64,000 nucleotides of DNA from Paraspadella gotoi (GCA_051294375.1 CM119271.1:8457637-8521636), one strand, 5' to 3'; positions 35,014-48,704 are shown, counted from the first letter of the stretch. A program made the numbers and translations. Notes: generated by a model not told the origin, from the letters alone.

Positions 35014-36532
35014 TTATAGATACAATTTAGTACAAATCAAAAATGTATAATTGTATTTATATTCATATTTATATCGATTCGAATAATTACTTGAAAAGTG
35101 AAAATGTCTCCGAAGATCCGGAGAAGATTTCTGCGCTTTCTTCCACCTGAAAATTAGTTGAATGAGCAAATGAACAAATAACTGAGCAGATTTTGTGTTC
35201 ATTACCTGTGCGACGTATGATGTATTTCACGTAATAATAAAAAAACGAATATAACATTCTTAACCAACATTATGGAAACTTCGTGGGTTTCGTTCAGCCA
35301 AATCCATAATCTTATGACGAGAAAGGGAAGATCAACTACGAAAATAAGGGACAGTATATTAAATAATCATTCAGTAGTGAAACAACCGGGACATAATAGA
35401 ACCTGAGAGTAAGTTGGAAGTGAGGTACGCCAATTGTATTTTGTGATTGATGTCACTTGTGCCAAAAGAGCTCTTGCTGATTTCAATGAGTGCCAAAATT
35501 GGTACTATTAAAGGAAATATACACTTAGTGGACATTCGAAATTAAGCAAAATAAATTACTCTGTCTTTTGTTGATGTTAGTTGAATGTTTTGCTAAAAAG
35601 AGCTCGCTACGCAAGTCTAAAGCAGATGCTCTTTTGTTGACATACGGTGATTTAAAACTACTAAAAACTAAAAACTACTAAAAACTAAAAATAAAAGTAC
35701 TATGCGAAAATAGACACAATCTTTGTATTATTATTACAACCTACTGAAAAGCGAGACGCAGGAAAAGAATATAACTGCGAAAATGAGAGATTTGTGCGGC
35801 CAATCCTGTCGTCCCCCCAGTTCCGGTAGAAATATCGACTCGAGAAATTCGGAGCAATCCAAGACGTCCAGAGTCACGTGACCTTTTAAAAGGAAAAGAT
35901 GAACATCGCGAATGAGAAACGAGGGAAAAGAAATCAAATATAAATTTCAATTTACGAGGAAACGATAAAAATGACCCGCTACGACGTCCAGCCAGACTCT
36001 CCGTTCTGAGTTGGGGAAGGCGTTGTGATTGCTCAGGACCAGCAGCATGAATATCAAGGCTGTGGAATGTGACCGGTCAATAATTGAGGAAAGATATCTT
36101 GAATAAATGTTAAATATAGTTCACCCGTGAGCGCGACGAGCCCCATAAAGTTGTGACCCTCGAAGTGATCGAGATCCTCTAAGCATCTGGCCAACACCAC
36201 GCACATCCGGGTTACGACGGTGAGGATGTAAAAGCCGTAGGCGACCGGCAGCAGAGCGTAGTGTTCGAAGCGGGAAAACTGGGGACGAAAGTGCATATTT
36301 GCTCAGTTTTGTACTATACTATACTATACTATACTATGTATATTATGTATAATATACATAGTATACATAATATACATTGTATATGTATGTACAAGTATTG
36401 TATTTACCGCTGAAGATCGAAGAAGGGGAGAGTTTAATTCTACTTTGCTCGGTCTTTCATCGATATCCAAAGAAAGTCTCGGAAGGTTCACTTCGCTTTT
36501 CCGCTGAAAAAACCCCAATATGATAAAAATAG

Positions 36533-36613
<81 letters not shown>

Positions 36614-36800
36614 ACGTGATACTTGATCCTGCTGATCGTCTCGTAGGATTTCCACAAACATCTGGAGATCAAGAGCGCGTTGACGACGTCGCCGACAATG
36701 AAGAAGTACCAAGCGTTGGAGGGTTGGCTCTCGCACTCTTCCGCGAGGAACCAGTTGAGCATGCATCCTGGGATTAGAGCGTGAAACGAGGTTAGTGAAG

Positions 36801-36892
<92 letters not shown>

Positions 36893-38028
36893 TAGTCTAA
36901 TAATTTACCTTGAACAAACACTAAAACTGTTGCGAGGATTCTTCCCCCAACTCTGGCGGCATGTTCCACGAGTTTGTGGACATTGGCCTCTTCCGCCGTC
37001 GCCTTCAGCGTTCGTCTTGGACTCGACGACATCTTTGAAAAGTTTTTAATAGAAGTTAACTCTGATTTATAAATTATATAATTTACGTTGGCAACTTGTT
37101 CGAGCTTGAATAAATTTCAATTTCGTGGTTGATGTTGGGAATTTGACGAAAACTGCTCCATGGTATTTTATTTATTTATCCTTAAATATTTCCACCGTTT
37201 ATCGCTTTACTCCTGTCTTTTGTTTCCGGTTGTTTGGTGGCGTTACCATTCGACTGCTTCGTCAAAAAGCCTATATTTTCGCGTTTTTTTTTTTTTTTAA
37301 CGATATCACGGTTTTTGGAACAATCACAACAAGAAAACCCAAAATGTTTTCAGGACGAACTTCTTGAACCCAATTTATTTTTTTTTGCGCTAAAGATTAA
37401 ATTTTATCTTTTTCTAAAGTCATAAATATTATTCTTTGACGGACACCTAATCAAACTTACGTTCTTAGCGTGTTGAGATTCGTTCCAAATTTTGCGGATA
37501 AGCGTCAAGGACTCGAGTTCGCTTGTTTTAGTCTTACGACTGAACGATTTTTTAATGTTTGTTTATAACTTCAACCTGACATAGTTTCGACATCAACTAT
37601 ACATATTTATCTATCTTTGGAAAACCAGAATCAATTAAGTCATTTTTTAGCTACATACCCCATTTTCTACCTTTCTAGTTCCCACCCCCTTTTCCCCCCA
37701 CCGCAGTCAAAGTCGTTAGCATCGTCACCATCGTCATCATTGACGTCGTCGTCGTCGTCGTCGCCGCAGTAAAACAAAGCTAATCGCCTAACTTGAAACG
37801 AGTCCCCGGAAACTCGATATTTTCTCCTCCGCCGCCGCCGCCGCCTTTGCCGAAACGATTCCCGCCTTCCGCACCACAACCTTCAGACTCTACCCTCGTC
37901 CACAACCACCTCCACATCGACGAAGACGCCTCTTTCTCCGCCGCCGCCGCCGCCGCCGCCGCCGCCATTAAGGAGAGACCCGAGGAACCATCAGTTTCAA
38001 GACCGCCGAGCCGCGCCTCCTTTTCCAT
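35014..38028 (-). CDS. TMEM121/CECR6-like multi-pass membrane protein; termini uncertain
   Basis: In-phase exons give ILATVLVFVQGCMLNWFL..., WYFFIVGDVV, AYGFYILTVVTRM, LIFMLLV..H, VTLDVLDCSEFL, PILALIEIS, VDLPFLVIRLWIW, SIMLVKNVI. Confidence 0.65.
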
Positions 38029-39339
38029 GGGCTTTGGAACCGCCCATACCTTCCAGTTTAATCTTAATAAGTCGGCGCTAAAAGAAATTAAACTCAATTA
38101 ATCCTGACTCTATTTTGTTTATATTTTTGCTTGGTCTCAAACTCTTCAGTATTTTTTAAATTACTTAGTTCTTTATTTACACAGCCAATGGAACGAAAAT
38201 TAATATGTTCGCTGATTTTTCGGTTTGAAAAACATCAGCAATATTACTAATACCAGACAAGTGTCTTCAAACTCTTCATATGTGTGTTTCATGTATGTAT
38301 TATGTATGTTTATGTATGTATGTATGTATGTATGTATGTATGTATTTATGTATGTATGTATGTATTATGTATGTATGTTTTTATTTTTTTATTTATTTTT
38401 GTTTTATTCCTCATCGATTTATTTTTCGCCATTAATTTAAACGCATTCTGGTTCACGCCCACCGAGCAGTTGGGTTCAAGTCAAAACGAAAACAAAAGAC
38501 GGATCGATTTTGTTGGGAAAGAAACAAAGTAGAAATGGAATCGAAACTGCCCTGTTACCCACCGAGAATTGCGTAAAGTGCTGAATATTCCCATAAATAC
38601 TGATAAATTAAATCGGTACACGTATTTCTCAATGACTATACAAATTATCAGTCAAAACGCGCCGTATTTCGTCATTTACATATTTATAAATATCTCTTTC
38701 TTTCTCGTCATCAAAACCGTTAACAATGACGAATCCCCGCAAAAGCAAAATGAATCGTCGCCCGCGACGATACTGAGGGATCGAGTAATACGAGTCAACT
38801 TTCAAGGATCGCGACAGCCGCTGCAGCTGCTGCAGCTCCGGGATCTCCCGGTTCCTCTGGCGTGCAGCCCAAAGCTCTCGTGCGTCGCGCGAGCCAAACC
38901 CGGTTTTCTGAGTTGACTTGCTTTTTACAGATATGTAAAAGAAAAAAAAGAAAGAAAAAGAAACCACGACAAAAATCATGAATCGTGAATTGTTTGTCGT
39001 CGCGACGACTCGATGTCTCGACGGGAAGGAAAACCGGAAAACGATACTTGATTATTTGATTTTACACTTGGACTCGAATGAGTGACTGAGGCGACGCAGT
39101 CATCGGGATCCTTGATGATCGTGTAGCAAGTTATGTCAACTTATGTCACGTCGCTTAAAACGTCGCCCTTCATTATTCATCGTAACCAAAATGACAAAGC
39201 GAACGATTGGATAGCGTTACAAAACAATCGTCGTTGACGTTGTCGTCTTTGCTTCTTATGTTTTGATCGTTTAACCGAGATTCGAACCCGAATCATCGCC
39301 TCTCGCCCGCCTCGATTCCCAACTACTGGCCGCCGCGCC

Positions 39340-42300
39340 ATGGCCGCCGCGGCCACGAGCTATTCCGCGGGCCGGCTGCGCCTCTTTCGCGTCCACGCCG
39401 TCGTCATGGACGGCGGGCGGAAGATGCTCAAACATTCCCTCAACCTGAACCTCGTGCGGCGGACGAGCGACGCCGTCGTCGACGCCGCCGCTGAGGGCGA
39501 CGTCGAAGACGCCGTGGACATTCTCGTCCGCGAAGACGACGACTCCAGCTTGAAGACGTTCGCCGTCGAGAACCTCGACTTTGTCCGATCCTTTAACTTT
39601 TACCGCAACTCGCCCAAGGAGAACTTCCGCGCCGGCGGTCCCAACTGCCCGTCGACTCAGGCAGTGGAAATCCCTGACTTCGCCGAGGCGGACATAACGT
39701 TGCTCAGTTATGTCGCTAAGAACATTCTGGAAAAAATGGATGCGGTGCACGAATTGAGGTGAAATTGTTTTCGTTTTATGTCAAAGTTGTTAATTTCTTA
39801 AACTTAATTAAAAGTTTTATTATTTTTCTTTTTTTTTTGTTCTTGATTATTAGTTATTATTATAATTATTAATTATTAGTAAATCAATCAATCAATCAAT
39901 CAAATCATTCTAATCAATCAATTAATCAAATCATTCTAATCAATCAATCATTCAAATCATTCTAATCAATCAATCATTCAAATCATTCTAATCAATCAAT
40001 CAATCAATCAAATCATTCTAATCAAACAATCAACCCGCTCCCTCCAGAAACGTCCGCAACCGGTTGGCCCACAGCGCCCAATCCGAGATGACCGAGGCCG
40101 AGACGGCCTCTTTCTTCAAGACGGCGCGCAACGTCGCCAAGAAGCTCTTCCAGGGATTCCCCAAAGCGCTCGCCGCGTGGAACTCCCGCATCGACGCCTT
40201 CGAGTCCGGTCCGCTCGGCGACGTGGAGGCGATGGAGCGGCGTCTTCGCGGCGCCGTCGCCGAACTCCGCGACGACGTCCAGGACATCGGGGAGACGGTG
40301 GTGGCGATCGAGGCCAAGGTGGGGCGGTGGGGGTGTTGGGTGAGAGGTGGGATCGGGTGAGGTTGTGAGTGGATGGAAGTGTTGCATCTGAAATCTAAAA
40401 AATGTGTTTTGTATTATTCAATCGAATTCATTCATTCATTCATTCATTCCATTATTCATTCATTCATTCATTCATTCTATTCATTCATTCATTCATTATT
40501 CATTCATTTCATTCATTCATTCACTTACTTATTCATTCATTCCATCGTTCATTCCATTATTCATTCATTCATTCAATCATTATTCATTCATTCATTCATT
40601 CATTTTCTTATTAATTCCTTCATTCAATCGTCCATTCATTCTTTCATTCATACATTAATCCTTTATCTCATTCTTTCTCCGCCAGGTGGACGAACTCATG
40701 ATGGCCCGCCGCCTCCCGGACCCGGCCGCCGAATCCGCCGACGAACAACGCGTCCTCCTCAAGTGCGGCGACATCTTGAAGGATTGCTACCGGCGCCAAT
40801 GCTCCCTCATCAGCATCCCCGGCGCCGCCAAGACCCTCAAGCTCAAGGATCTCTACATCAACATCCGACTCCGCTTCAAAGCGGCGGGAAAGTTGAAGGA
40901 CAAGAAGGCGCTCATCAAGGACATCCTCAAGGCCAACGACGCCGCGTTGGACGACAGCTCCGTCGACGAGCTCGTCCAGAGTTCCGACTCGAAGGAAGAA
41001 TCGACCGAAATTGTCCCAGCGGAGAGGCGATCCCCGCGCAGCGTCTCGTCCGAGAAAGCGGAGACATCGTCGTCGTTTCGAGGGCTTCAGCGTCAACCGA
41101 CGGAAGATATCGAGTATCGAGAGGATGCTGAGGAAGAGACCCTCGACGACCTCGACTGCGAAGTGTTGGACTTCATGGAATTCATGAAGATCATCGATCG
41201 AATGTTCGTGGAATCCATCAAACGCATCCTCATCACCGCCGGCGGAGGCTACGGCAAAACCACTGCCTCCAAGCGCCTCTCTCTCCACTGGGCGGACGAC
41301 GAGGTGCTGCGCGACTGTCTCTGCTTTGTTCGCATCGACTTCAAAAGCATCCGGACGAGCGCGGATCTCTTCTCAGCAACGCTCGAGCAATTTCCGGAGA
41401 TCGGGAAATCCCTGACACCGGATGAGCTGAAGACTCTCGAGTCGGCCTTCGAGCGCAACCAGGACAAACTCTTCTTCGCTCTCGACGGCCTCGACGAATC
41501 CAAGTCGAAGCGGCTCGCCCGCAACGTTCTCGATCCTCGACGGGCAGAGTTCCCCAACAGCCTCGTGACCATCCTCACTCGACCCGAGGGCAAGCGGTTC
41601 CTCAGCCCTGGCGAGGTGGAGTTCACAGAGTTCGAGATCACCAAGCTGACCTCTTCGCAGTTCCGCCGGTTCGTCCGGCAGTTTCCCTTCACCATCGGTC
41701 GCGGACCGGACAAGGCAGACAAGCTGCTAGACAAGTGCGAGGAGAATCCCAACTTTGCCAAGTTGATGGAGATTCCGTTGACGGCGGTGATGAACTGCAC
41801 TCTCTTTAACGACGAGCGGTTGGGGGTGGAGCTGGCTGACGAGCTCGACCTCTTCGCCTCCGTCGTGGCGCTCTACGTGAAGATCGAGGAATTGAAGCGG
41901 ATCGACGGGGCGCTGGGTGAGCCGGACGTCGCCGAGGAAATCATCGATCGGTTGACGATGGAGCGGAGCAGGCTGCTGACGATGACTGCGACGGAGATTC
42001 TGAAGGAGTTTCGTCCGAGACTCTACGCATTGGGCAAGGCGGTCTTTGTGTGCAATGGGAATCAAGTGAGCGGGTTTAAGGTAAGCGAGGAAAATGTTTA
42101 AATGATTCATTGATTTAAACAATTCATTCTTTTGTTAATTCGTTCATTAATTCATTCATTCATTCATTATTTAATTCATTCATTCATTCATTCATTCATT
42201 CATTTATTCAGTCATTCATTCATTCTTTCTATCACTTGTTCTTTCATTTATCATGGATTTAATTTTTAGTATTCATTCGTTATATCTAAACAAACTCCAG

Positions 42301-44680
42301 GACTGCGACCGTAAGATCCTCGAATCGGAGATCTCCTCCACAGGCCTCTCCACGTCCGCGACCGACTCCGTACTCCGCCTCTCCTTCATGGAAGAGATCG
42401 TCGACGAGTCCGGCGTCGTCTCCACATCCGCTTTCCGCTTCCTCCACCGCGACATCCGGGAGTTCGTCGTCGGCATCTTCCTCACGCTCAACACGACGCC
42501 GCTCCCGACGCCGCAGCTCCGCGCCAGGTTCCACGATCCCACGATAATCGTGTTCCGCTGCGTCCTCGCCCTCCACGCCTCCTTCCGGCTCCCGCTGGAC
42601 GAGTTCCGGGACAGCGTCCATTTTTTGGTGGATCACGTGATCGCCTCTTTCGAAGGAACGATGACCAAGTGGCGCGGGGCGCAGATGATGTGCGAGCTGC
42701 TCCTGGTCTATCTAACGCTGCCGGACCTGCGAGGGGACGTGGCGCCCGCGGTGAGGGCGTTCATGGAGGAATGGATGAAGACGGTTCGCGCGGCGTTGAA
42801 GGATCGAGTGGAGAAGATCGAGAAAAGGATCGATTCTCATTTTCTTCGATGTTTGAGGAGTCACTCGGGAAAGAGGAAGTGCGGGGATTGTCGAGCGCCC
42901 GCGGAGGCGAAGGAGGTGGAGTTCGGTATCGTTAACGGGTGGGTTTTTTTTTTGGGTGGGGTAGGTGTTGAGTTAAATCAAGCGGGTTAAACGTTAGTCA
43001 TTTATTCTTTATAATCTCATTTGCATATTGTAGTAAAATTTTCTACAACCTTGTTTTATAAATACTGAAATTTTTTTACAAATATTTACAAAAAAAAGGT
43101 ATAGAAAAAAATAATAAAAATACTCAAAAGAAAACAGAAAAATAGAAAAATAGGCTATAAAGCTACGTAAAGCTACGATTAGTTCTCTTTTCAAATTCCC
43201 AGTTACGTTAACCAGTGGCCCAAGCAGCATCCCTTCGGCGTGGCGCCATTCTTCCATCACTCCAAAGACGGCATCGTCTTCGTCTTCCCGCGCCGCTCGT
43301 GGATCAAGAGGAAGAAGCACGTCGACGCCGCCTCAACCACTTTGACGTTGAAGCCTCCGAGGATCGTCGTCGATGACAAGAAAAGTAAATGGAATTTGAT
43401 TTGATTTTGATTTATTTGGGTTGATTTGGATTTAAATTTCCTTGATTTGTATTTGAGTAGATTTGGGTTTGACTTGATTTCGATTTGAATTGATTTCGAT
43501 TTGAAATGATTTGGTTTGAATTTATTTTACTTTGATTTGCCTTGATTTTGATTTGATTTGAATCGATTAGATTTTTACTTGACTTGGTTTGATTTTATTT
43601 TTTCTTGACTTGGTTTTGATTTGATTTGACTTTAATTTGATTTTGTTTCGACTTGATTCGGTTTTTGACATGACTTTGATTTTGTTTCGATTTCTCACAA
43701 CGAAATTCTCAAATTAAAATGTTTTGATCTTTATCAACAGGAAACTTTCCTCAGCGCCAAGAGTTGCTACGAAATTCGCACATGGTCAAAATTTTGGAGG
43801 TTAATATTGAATATATTTATATATTATTTTATTATATTATTTTATATATATATATATAATTATTGTTATGTGTGAGTGACAGAGCCGTTCAATATAAGCA
43901 GTCCCTGAGCTTCGGATCAGGCTGTAACACCATGTGACAGGCGGGTTAAGCGCCCCGTCCCTCTTAACTGCTAGGCGACCACCGGGCTAGAACCCCGGAC
44001 TTTTGGGTTGGGAGGCGAATGACTTGCCTCCGGCTCCAATGGCCGCTGATGAACGGTTGGTGGATTTTAGTCATTTACGTTTACCAACTAATTTATTGTT
44101 TAATTCGATTTCAGGCGACGGGAATCTCTGTCAACGGTTTGACCGAGGAAGACGTTGATGTTATCGTGCAAACTATTGAAAGTTATAAGGAAGAGTTGGC
44201 AAATGAAAAAGTAAGTTAGAAAAATGAAAGAAAGAAAGAAAGAAAGAAAGAAAGANNNNNNNNNNNNNNNNAAGAAAGAAAGAAAGAAAGAAAGAAAGAT
44301 TGAAAGAATAAAGGAAGTATCTACAAGGCGTAGTGAAAGTTATAAGGAAGAGTTGGCAAATGAAAAAGTAAATTAGAAAAATGAAAGAAAGAAAGAAAGA
44401 AAGAAAGATAGAAAGATTGAAAGAATAAAGGAAGTATCTACAATCTACATATAAATAAAAACTTATTTATCCACAGAACGAGTTAGATCAATCGACCCCA
44501 ACAAAGTCCGGCCAAACTCTGGAGGAGGCCCTCGAGGAGGCCTCCTACGATCATCCCGAGCCGCCGCCGCCGCCGCCGCTCCCAAGCATCGGCATCCAAC
44601 CCTCCAAGTGGAACAAGTGGGATTTCTTACCCTCCGCAGACGCGCTCAAGAGGGGAAAGTCAAAGCTGCGCCCGCCTTAG
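39340..44680 (+). CDS. STAND NTPase: DZIP3-type HEPN, coiled coil, NACHT, helical/WHD, then Pro-rich tail; no LRR seen
   Basis: Exons 39340-39758, 40048-40318, 40686-42080, 42301-~42938, ~43203-43384, 43741-43799, 44115-44210 and 44478-44680 join in phase. DITLL...RNRLAH (HEPN Rx4H); Walker A ITAGGGYGKTT (41232-41264); Walker B FFALDGLDE; sensor ILTRP; LMEIPL; WHD FRFLHRDIREF. Confidence 0.85.
43870..44045 (-). mobile_element. tRNA-derived SINE-like element, family B (in NACHT intron)
   Basis: Minus strand: A-box-like tggagccggagg, anticodon-like arm, B-box ggggttctagccc, then a GC-rich body in an AT-rich intron. Single copy in this window. Confidence 0.45.
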
Positions 44681-44911
44681 TCAACCGAGCGACAAAAACG
44701 GTTTACATAATTGAGAAGACGGGAATTGGTGAACGCCTTTGAGTGATTATGTCAACGAAGTAGGAAGTGCGAAGTTGGAAGTGCGTCGAAAAACTTACCA
44801 ACAAAAATTTTTTTACCTCCACGTTTAAAATCAGTATTTTATGGATTCTTTTCATGATCCTAAATTCACAGTTTTTCATAATTAAGCCGCGTTTTCCACG
44901 CCATTTTCCAG

Positions 44912-45601
44912 AAGGAAAAGAACTCCACTCTGGACTTGGGTCTGCTCTCCAATCAAGTCTTGCAGCAAAGAATTCAAGCCAACATCATCGAACGAAAATC
45001 TCGAGACGATCTCGACGACGACAGCGACGACGACGACGAACTCGACGATTGGGACGACGACCACTTTTACGAGGCCAGCGGGGAAGCTCCCGGAAATTCC
45101 TCCAAGCTCGAAGCGCCTCTCAAATCCCTCAAACTCTCCACGAAAGCCTCCAACAAAATCTCAACCGAAGACGCGTGGGAGGAAGTCGATCGATATTCGA
45201 TGACCGAAGTCGAGTACGAACTCGACTCCGACGACGACGAAAGGTTGGAGTCACTCCCTTCAGCCTCCAAATCTCCGCGAAATGCTTCGATGAGGATGCC
45301 GACGCTGCCGGCTCCGCCTCCGCCGCCTCCGCCGCCGCCGCGCAGCTCGAAGCAGAAGTCTCCGGCCAAGTCGACGAAGGCCAAGTCGAAACAGGCGGCG
45401 CCGCCGCGGAAAGCCTCGATGGATTTGACGGAAGATTTCCCGGATCGCCGGAAAAAGTCGTCGAGCTCGCGGACCAAGACGTCCGTCGTTGTCACGAAGG
45501 CGGCGAAAAGACCTTTGAAGAAAAGCGCGGGAAAAAAGAAGAGTTTCGATTACGTCGCTGAATATGCGATAGAGGACGAAATACAAACATACAAACAATG
45601 A
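44912..45601 (+). CDS. Probable terminal or alternative last exon of the NACHT gene (acidic, Trp-containing, polyproline, basic)
   Basis: About 230 open codons with exon-like composition, an AG acceptor at 44910-44911 and no own ATG near the start; LLSNQVLQQRIQANI...DDDDELDDWDDD...PPPPPPPPP. Confidence 0.6.
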   Translation, partial: KEKNSTLDLGLLSNQVLQQRIQANIIERKSRDDLDDDSDDDDELDDWDDDHFYEASGEAPGNSSKLEAPLKSLKLSTKASNKISTEDAWEEVDRYSMTEVEYELDSDDDERLESLPSASKSPRNASMRMPTLPAPPPPPPPPPRSSKQKSPAKSTKAKSKQAAPPRKASMDLTEDFPDRRKKSSSSRTKTSVVVTKAAKRPLKKSAGKKKSFDYVAEYAIEDEIQTYKQ

Positions 45602-45846
45602 AATGAAATATTTTTTTTTTATTATTTGTTTCCTTCTTTTTCTACTTTCGCCGAAGCCATAAAGGGGGATCGTTACGATTCGTAAAAGCGTTTACTTTGG
45701 TTTTGATTGTCATGTTCGAACAGTCAGTCAGTTATGCTATACAATACAGTATACATAGGACAGATACTATTACCAAATAGATAAATCTGTCAAGCCAGGA
45801 GATATTTAAGTATGTACTTTTTTTAAATAACACGTACGCGTTGGAA

Positions 45847-45969
<123 letters not shown>

Positions 45970-46792
45970 CAATCCGAGTATTTACGATCCTTCGCTGTCG
46001 AGTTTAACCGGAAATATCACCTGCGGGCGAAGCGGCCGCTTGCCTCGCCTCACCTGGTCGACGAGGTGATGGGGATGGGCTTAGTGATGGTGTTAGTGAT
46101 GGGGTTGACGATGGGGTTGTGTCAGTGCTGAGGCCACTGATGGGGTGGAGGTCAGGGGTGAAGAAGAAAACACACGATACAATGAGACGCTGACCTAAAA
46201 CTAAGTATATTATATTATGTTATATCATTTATGATTATCTAGCACGAAGCTCGTGTCATGCAAAGGAAAACAGGTTACTAAATGATAATCAAACAGAAAT
46301 GAACATTGAACAAATCAGCACATTGACATTTGACATCAATATTTGAAATACATCATTAGCGAATCCTCAATATTTTGTTTCTCGATATTCGACGACAAGA
46401 TTTCTATGGCACAGTTGTCGTCATCGCAGCCTACGCGAGTACAGAAGAACAATTTGTACAATGTACATTGTTCATGAACAAAGCTGATTTGGTTTTATTT
46501 TAATTGTCACATTTTTTTCTTCGAAAATATTATTAAAATGTATCGTTCGCCAATATCTTTTTACAATAGTAAAGTAAAATCGCTAATCGATGCAGGCGAC
46601 CATAACTTTTCCAACCACAACGACAACAAAAACAACTTTTCACCTTTAAAACGGATTCGCGTCGTCCGTGCTCTTCCTCTTCATCCTCTTCCTCCTCTTC
46701 CGCCTCCTCGTCCGGGAAAGATAAACGAGAACGAGGTTGATGGTCGTCGCGAGATGTCAGCGCCGTGGCAGAAATATAGCCACTAGGGGGCA

Positions 46793-46920
<128 letters not shown>

Positions 46921-47950
46921 TTTGAGGAAAAATTCGCTCACCATCCGCTATATTCTCATTGGAAAATTAGCGGGTTGTTCCTTTGTCTTTTCTCTGACTT
47001 TATTTGTGAGACTCATTCTCGAGTAGAGACCTCTGTCAACTGAGGAATGGCATGACTTGAAACAAGGAGACAACGAGCCGTCATTGACAAATCGTTCACA
47101 TCGTGGAAAATATAAGAAACATCCCGCTCTTCACATTTTTTTTTCTGTCGGGGAATAATGACGACAAGAATCGTTGGTTCTTAAGTGAATAACGAAACAC
47201 GAAACAAAAATAAAAGCGTCTGAGAAAAAAAAAACACAAAAGATAGAAACAAAAGCCAACCGTCGAAGCGTCGACAGATGGCGGCTCATTTTCATTTCAA
47301 ATTAGCATCGATTTTATCGACTCCAGAACTAATAAAGACAAATGACCATCTGGGGACGGAATCCAAGGCTCTTAGTCTTCGCTAATTACTGTTTAGGCAG
47401 TTCTTAATGACAGGTTGAGCGTTGGACTCCGTTACACTGGAGATTTTTCGAAGGGAAGGGTAAAAAGAAGAAAAAAAAAAGAAAAAGAAAAAGAAAAGAA
47501 AGGAGAAAAGGAACCAGGGAGGAAGAAAGAGGGGGCGGAGGGAAATGAGGAGGAAGAGGGACGAGACGAAGGGGAGGAATATGTGAAGTAAATAGAGAAA
47601 GAGGAGGAGAAAAAGAGGGAGGAATAATGAGAAGAAGAAGAAGGAGGAGGGAAGTCGGTAAATGGTTGGAAGGCTTTTTATGACGGTTTATGGAAATCGA
47701 GGGGCTTTTCTTTCGACCCGCCCTTTTTTTTTTCTTTTTCCTCTTCCGAGCTGTTGATTTCGAAACTGAATTAAAGGCTGTTTATTGTCTGCTTGTTGAG
47801 AAACTGTTGTTTCTTGAAGCCGGGAAAAATTACGGGGGGAAACAGTTGAAATGGTTATGTTATATTTAGGACTTTAGTGTCGTAAAAATAATATTGATGC
47901 GATAATAGAAATTAGATAATAACCGGCTATTACCTGCTATGACCTGCTAA

Positions 47951-48303
47951 GAAATTGGTACAACCAATATAAAAATTATTCATTAATTTAATAAATAAGC
48001 TATCTTGCCCCTGACTTTGGACAGGCTTTGGTGGTTTAAGGCCTCCATCACTCTTACAAGATAATGACATAGCAGGTCCCTGCAAGCTTTCAATCAAGAC
48101 TCTCTCACAGTCTCGTTTATTCACTCCCAGAGTACCTGGCTTCCCTATCAATGAAGTGGAAAATATTTCAAAGAATGTTTCAATTGTATGAAAAGATCAG
48201 AGAGTGATGGAGGCCTTAGACCACCAAAGCCTGCTCAAAGTCAGGGGCAAGATAGCTTATTTATTAAATGAATGGATAATTTTTATATTGGTTGTACCAA
48301 TTT
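47951..48303. mobile_element. Same repeat family arranged with ~103-bp inverted termini (MITE- or inverted pLTR-like)
   Basis: 47951-48054 and the reverse complement of 48201-48303 are near-identical; the internal part matches 18671-18812. Confidence 0.75.
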
Positions 48304-48613
48304 TATAACATAACATCACATATCGATATGTTTTCGAGCAAGACTCTCTCTGTCTTTTTTATCAACTGAGCTGTGAAATTTTGAAAGGCTCGGGTTAACT
48401 CTGAGTCAGGATCATCAAGAATTCGGCAAGATTAGCTCCAAATCGTAAAAATTTAAGCGGAGCAAGAGAGATTTAAATAATTACAATCACACTTAAGAAT
48501 TAGGATTCATTTTAAATTTAAACTTGGACCCAGGAAGTGAAATTTTGGGACGGAAGAGATTAAAATGGATCTCAAAATCCGAGACCCAAAAAGTGAGAAA
48601 GAATCAAAGATGT

Positions 48614-48704
<91 letters not shown>

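Noticed and set aside
44178-44445. Duplicated 3' end of NACHT exon 7
   Set aside because: Adjacent to the N-gap at 44256-44271 in a GAAA tract; may be an artefact, and the second copy lacks the exon's 5' part.
47930-48151. 73-aa ORF as a GIY-YIG endonuclease remnant
   Set aside because: No convincing motif, and the frame is stopped in the 18.6-kb copy.
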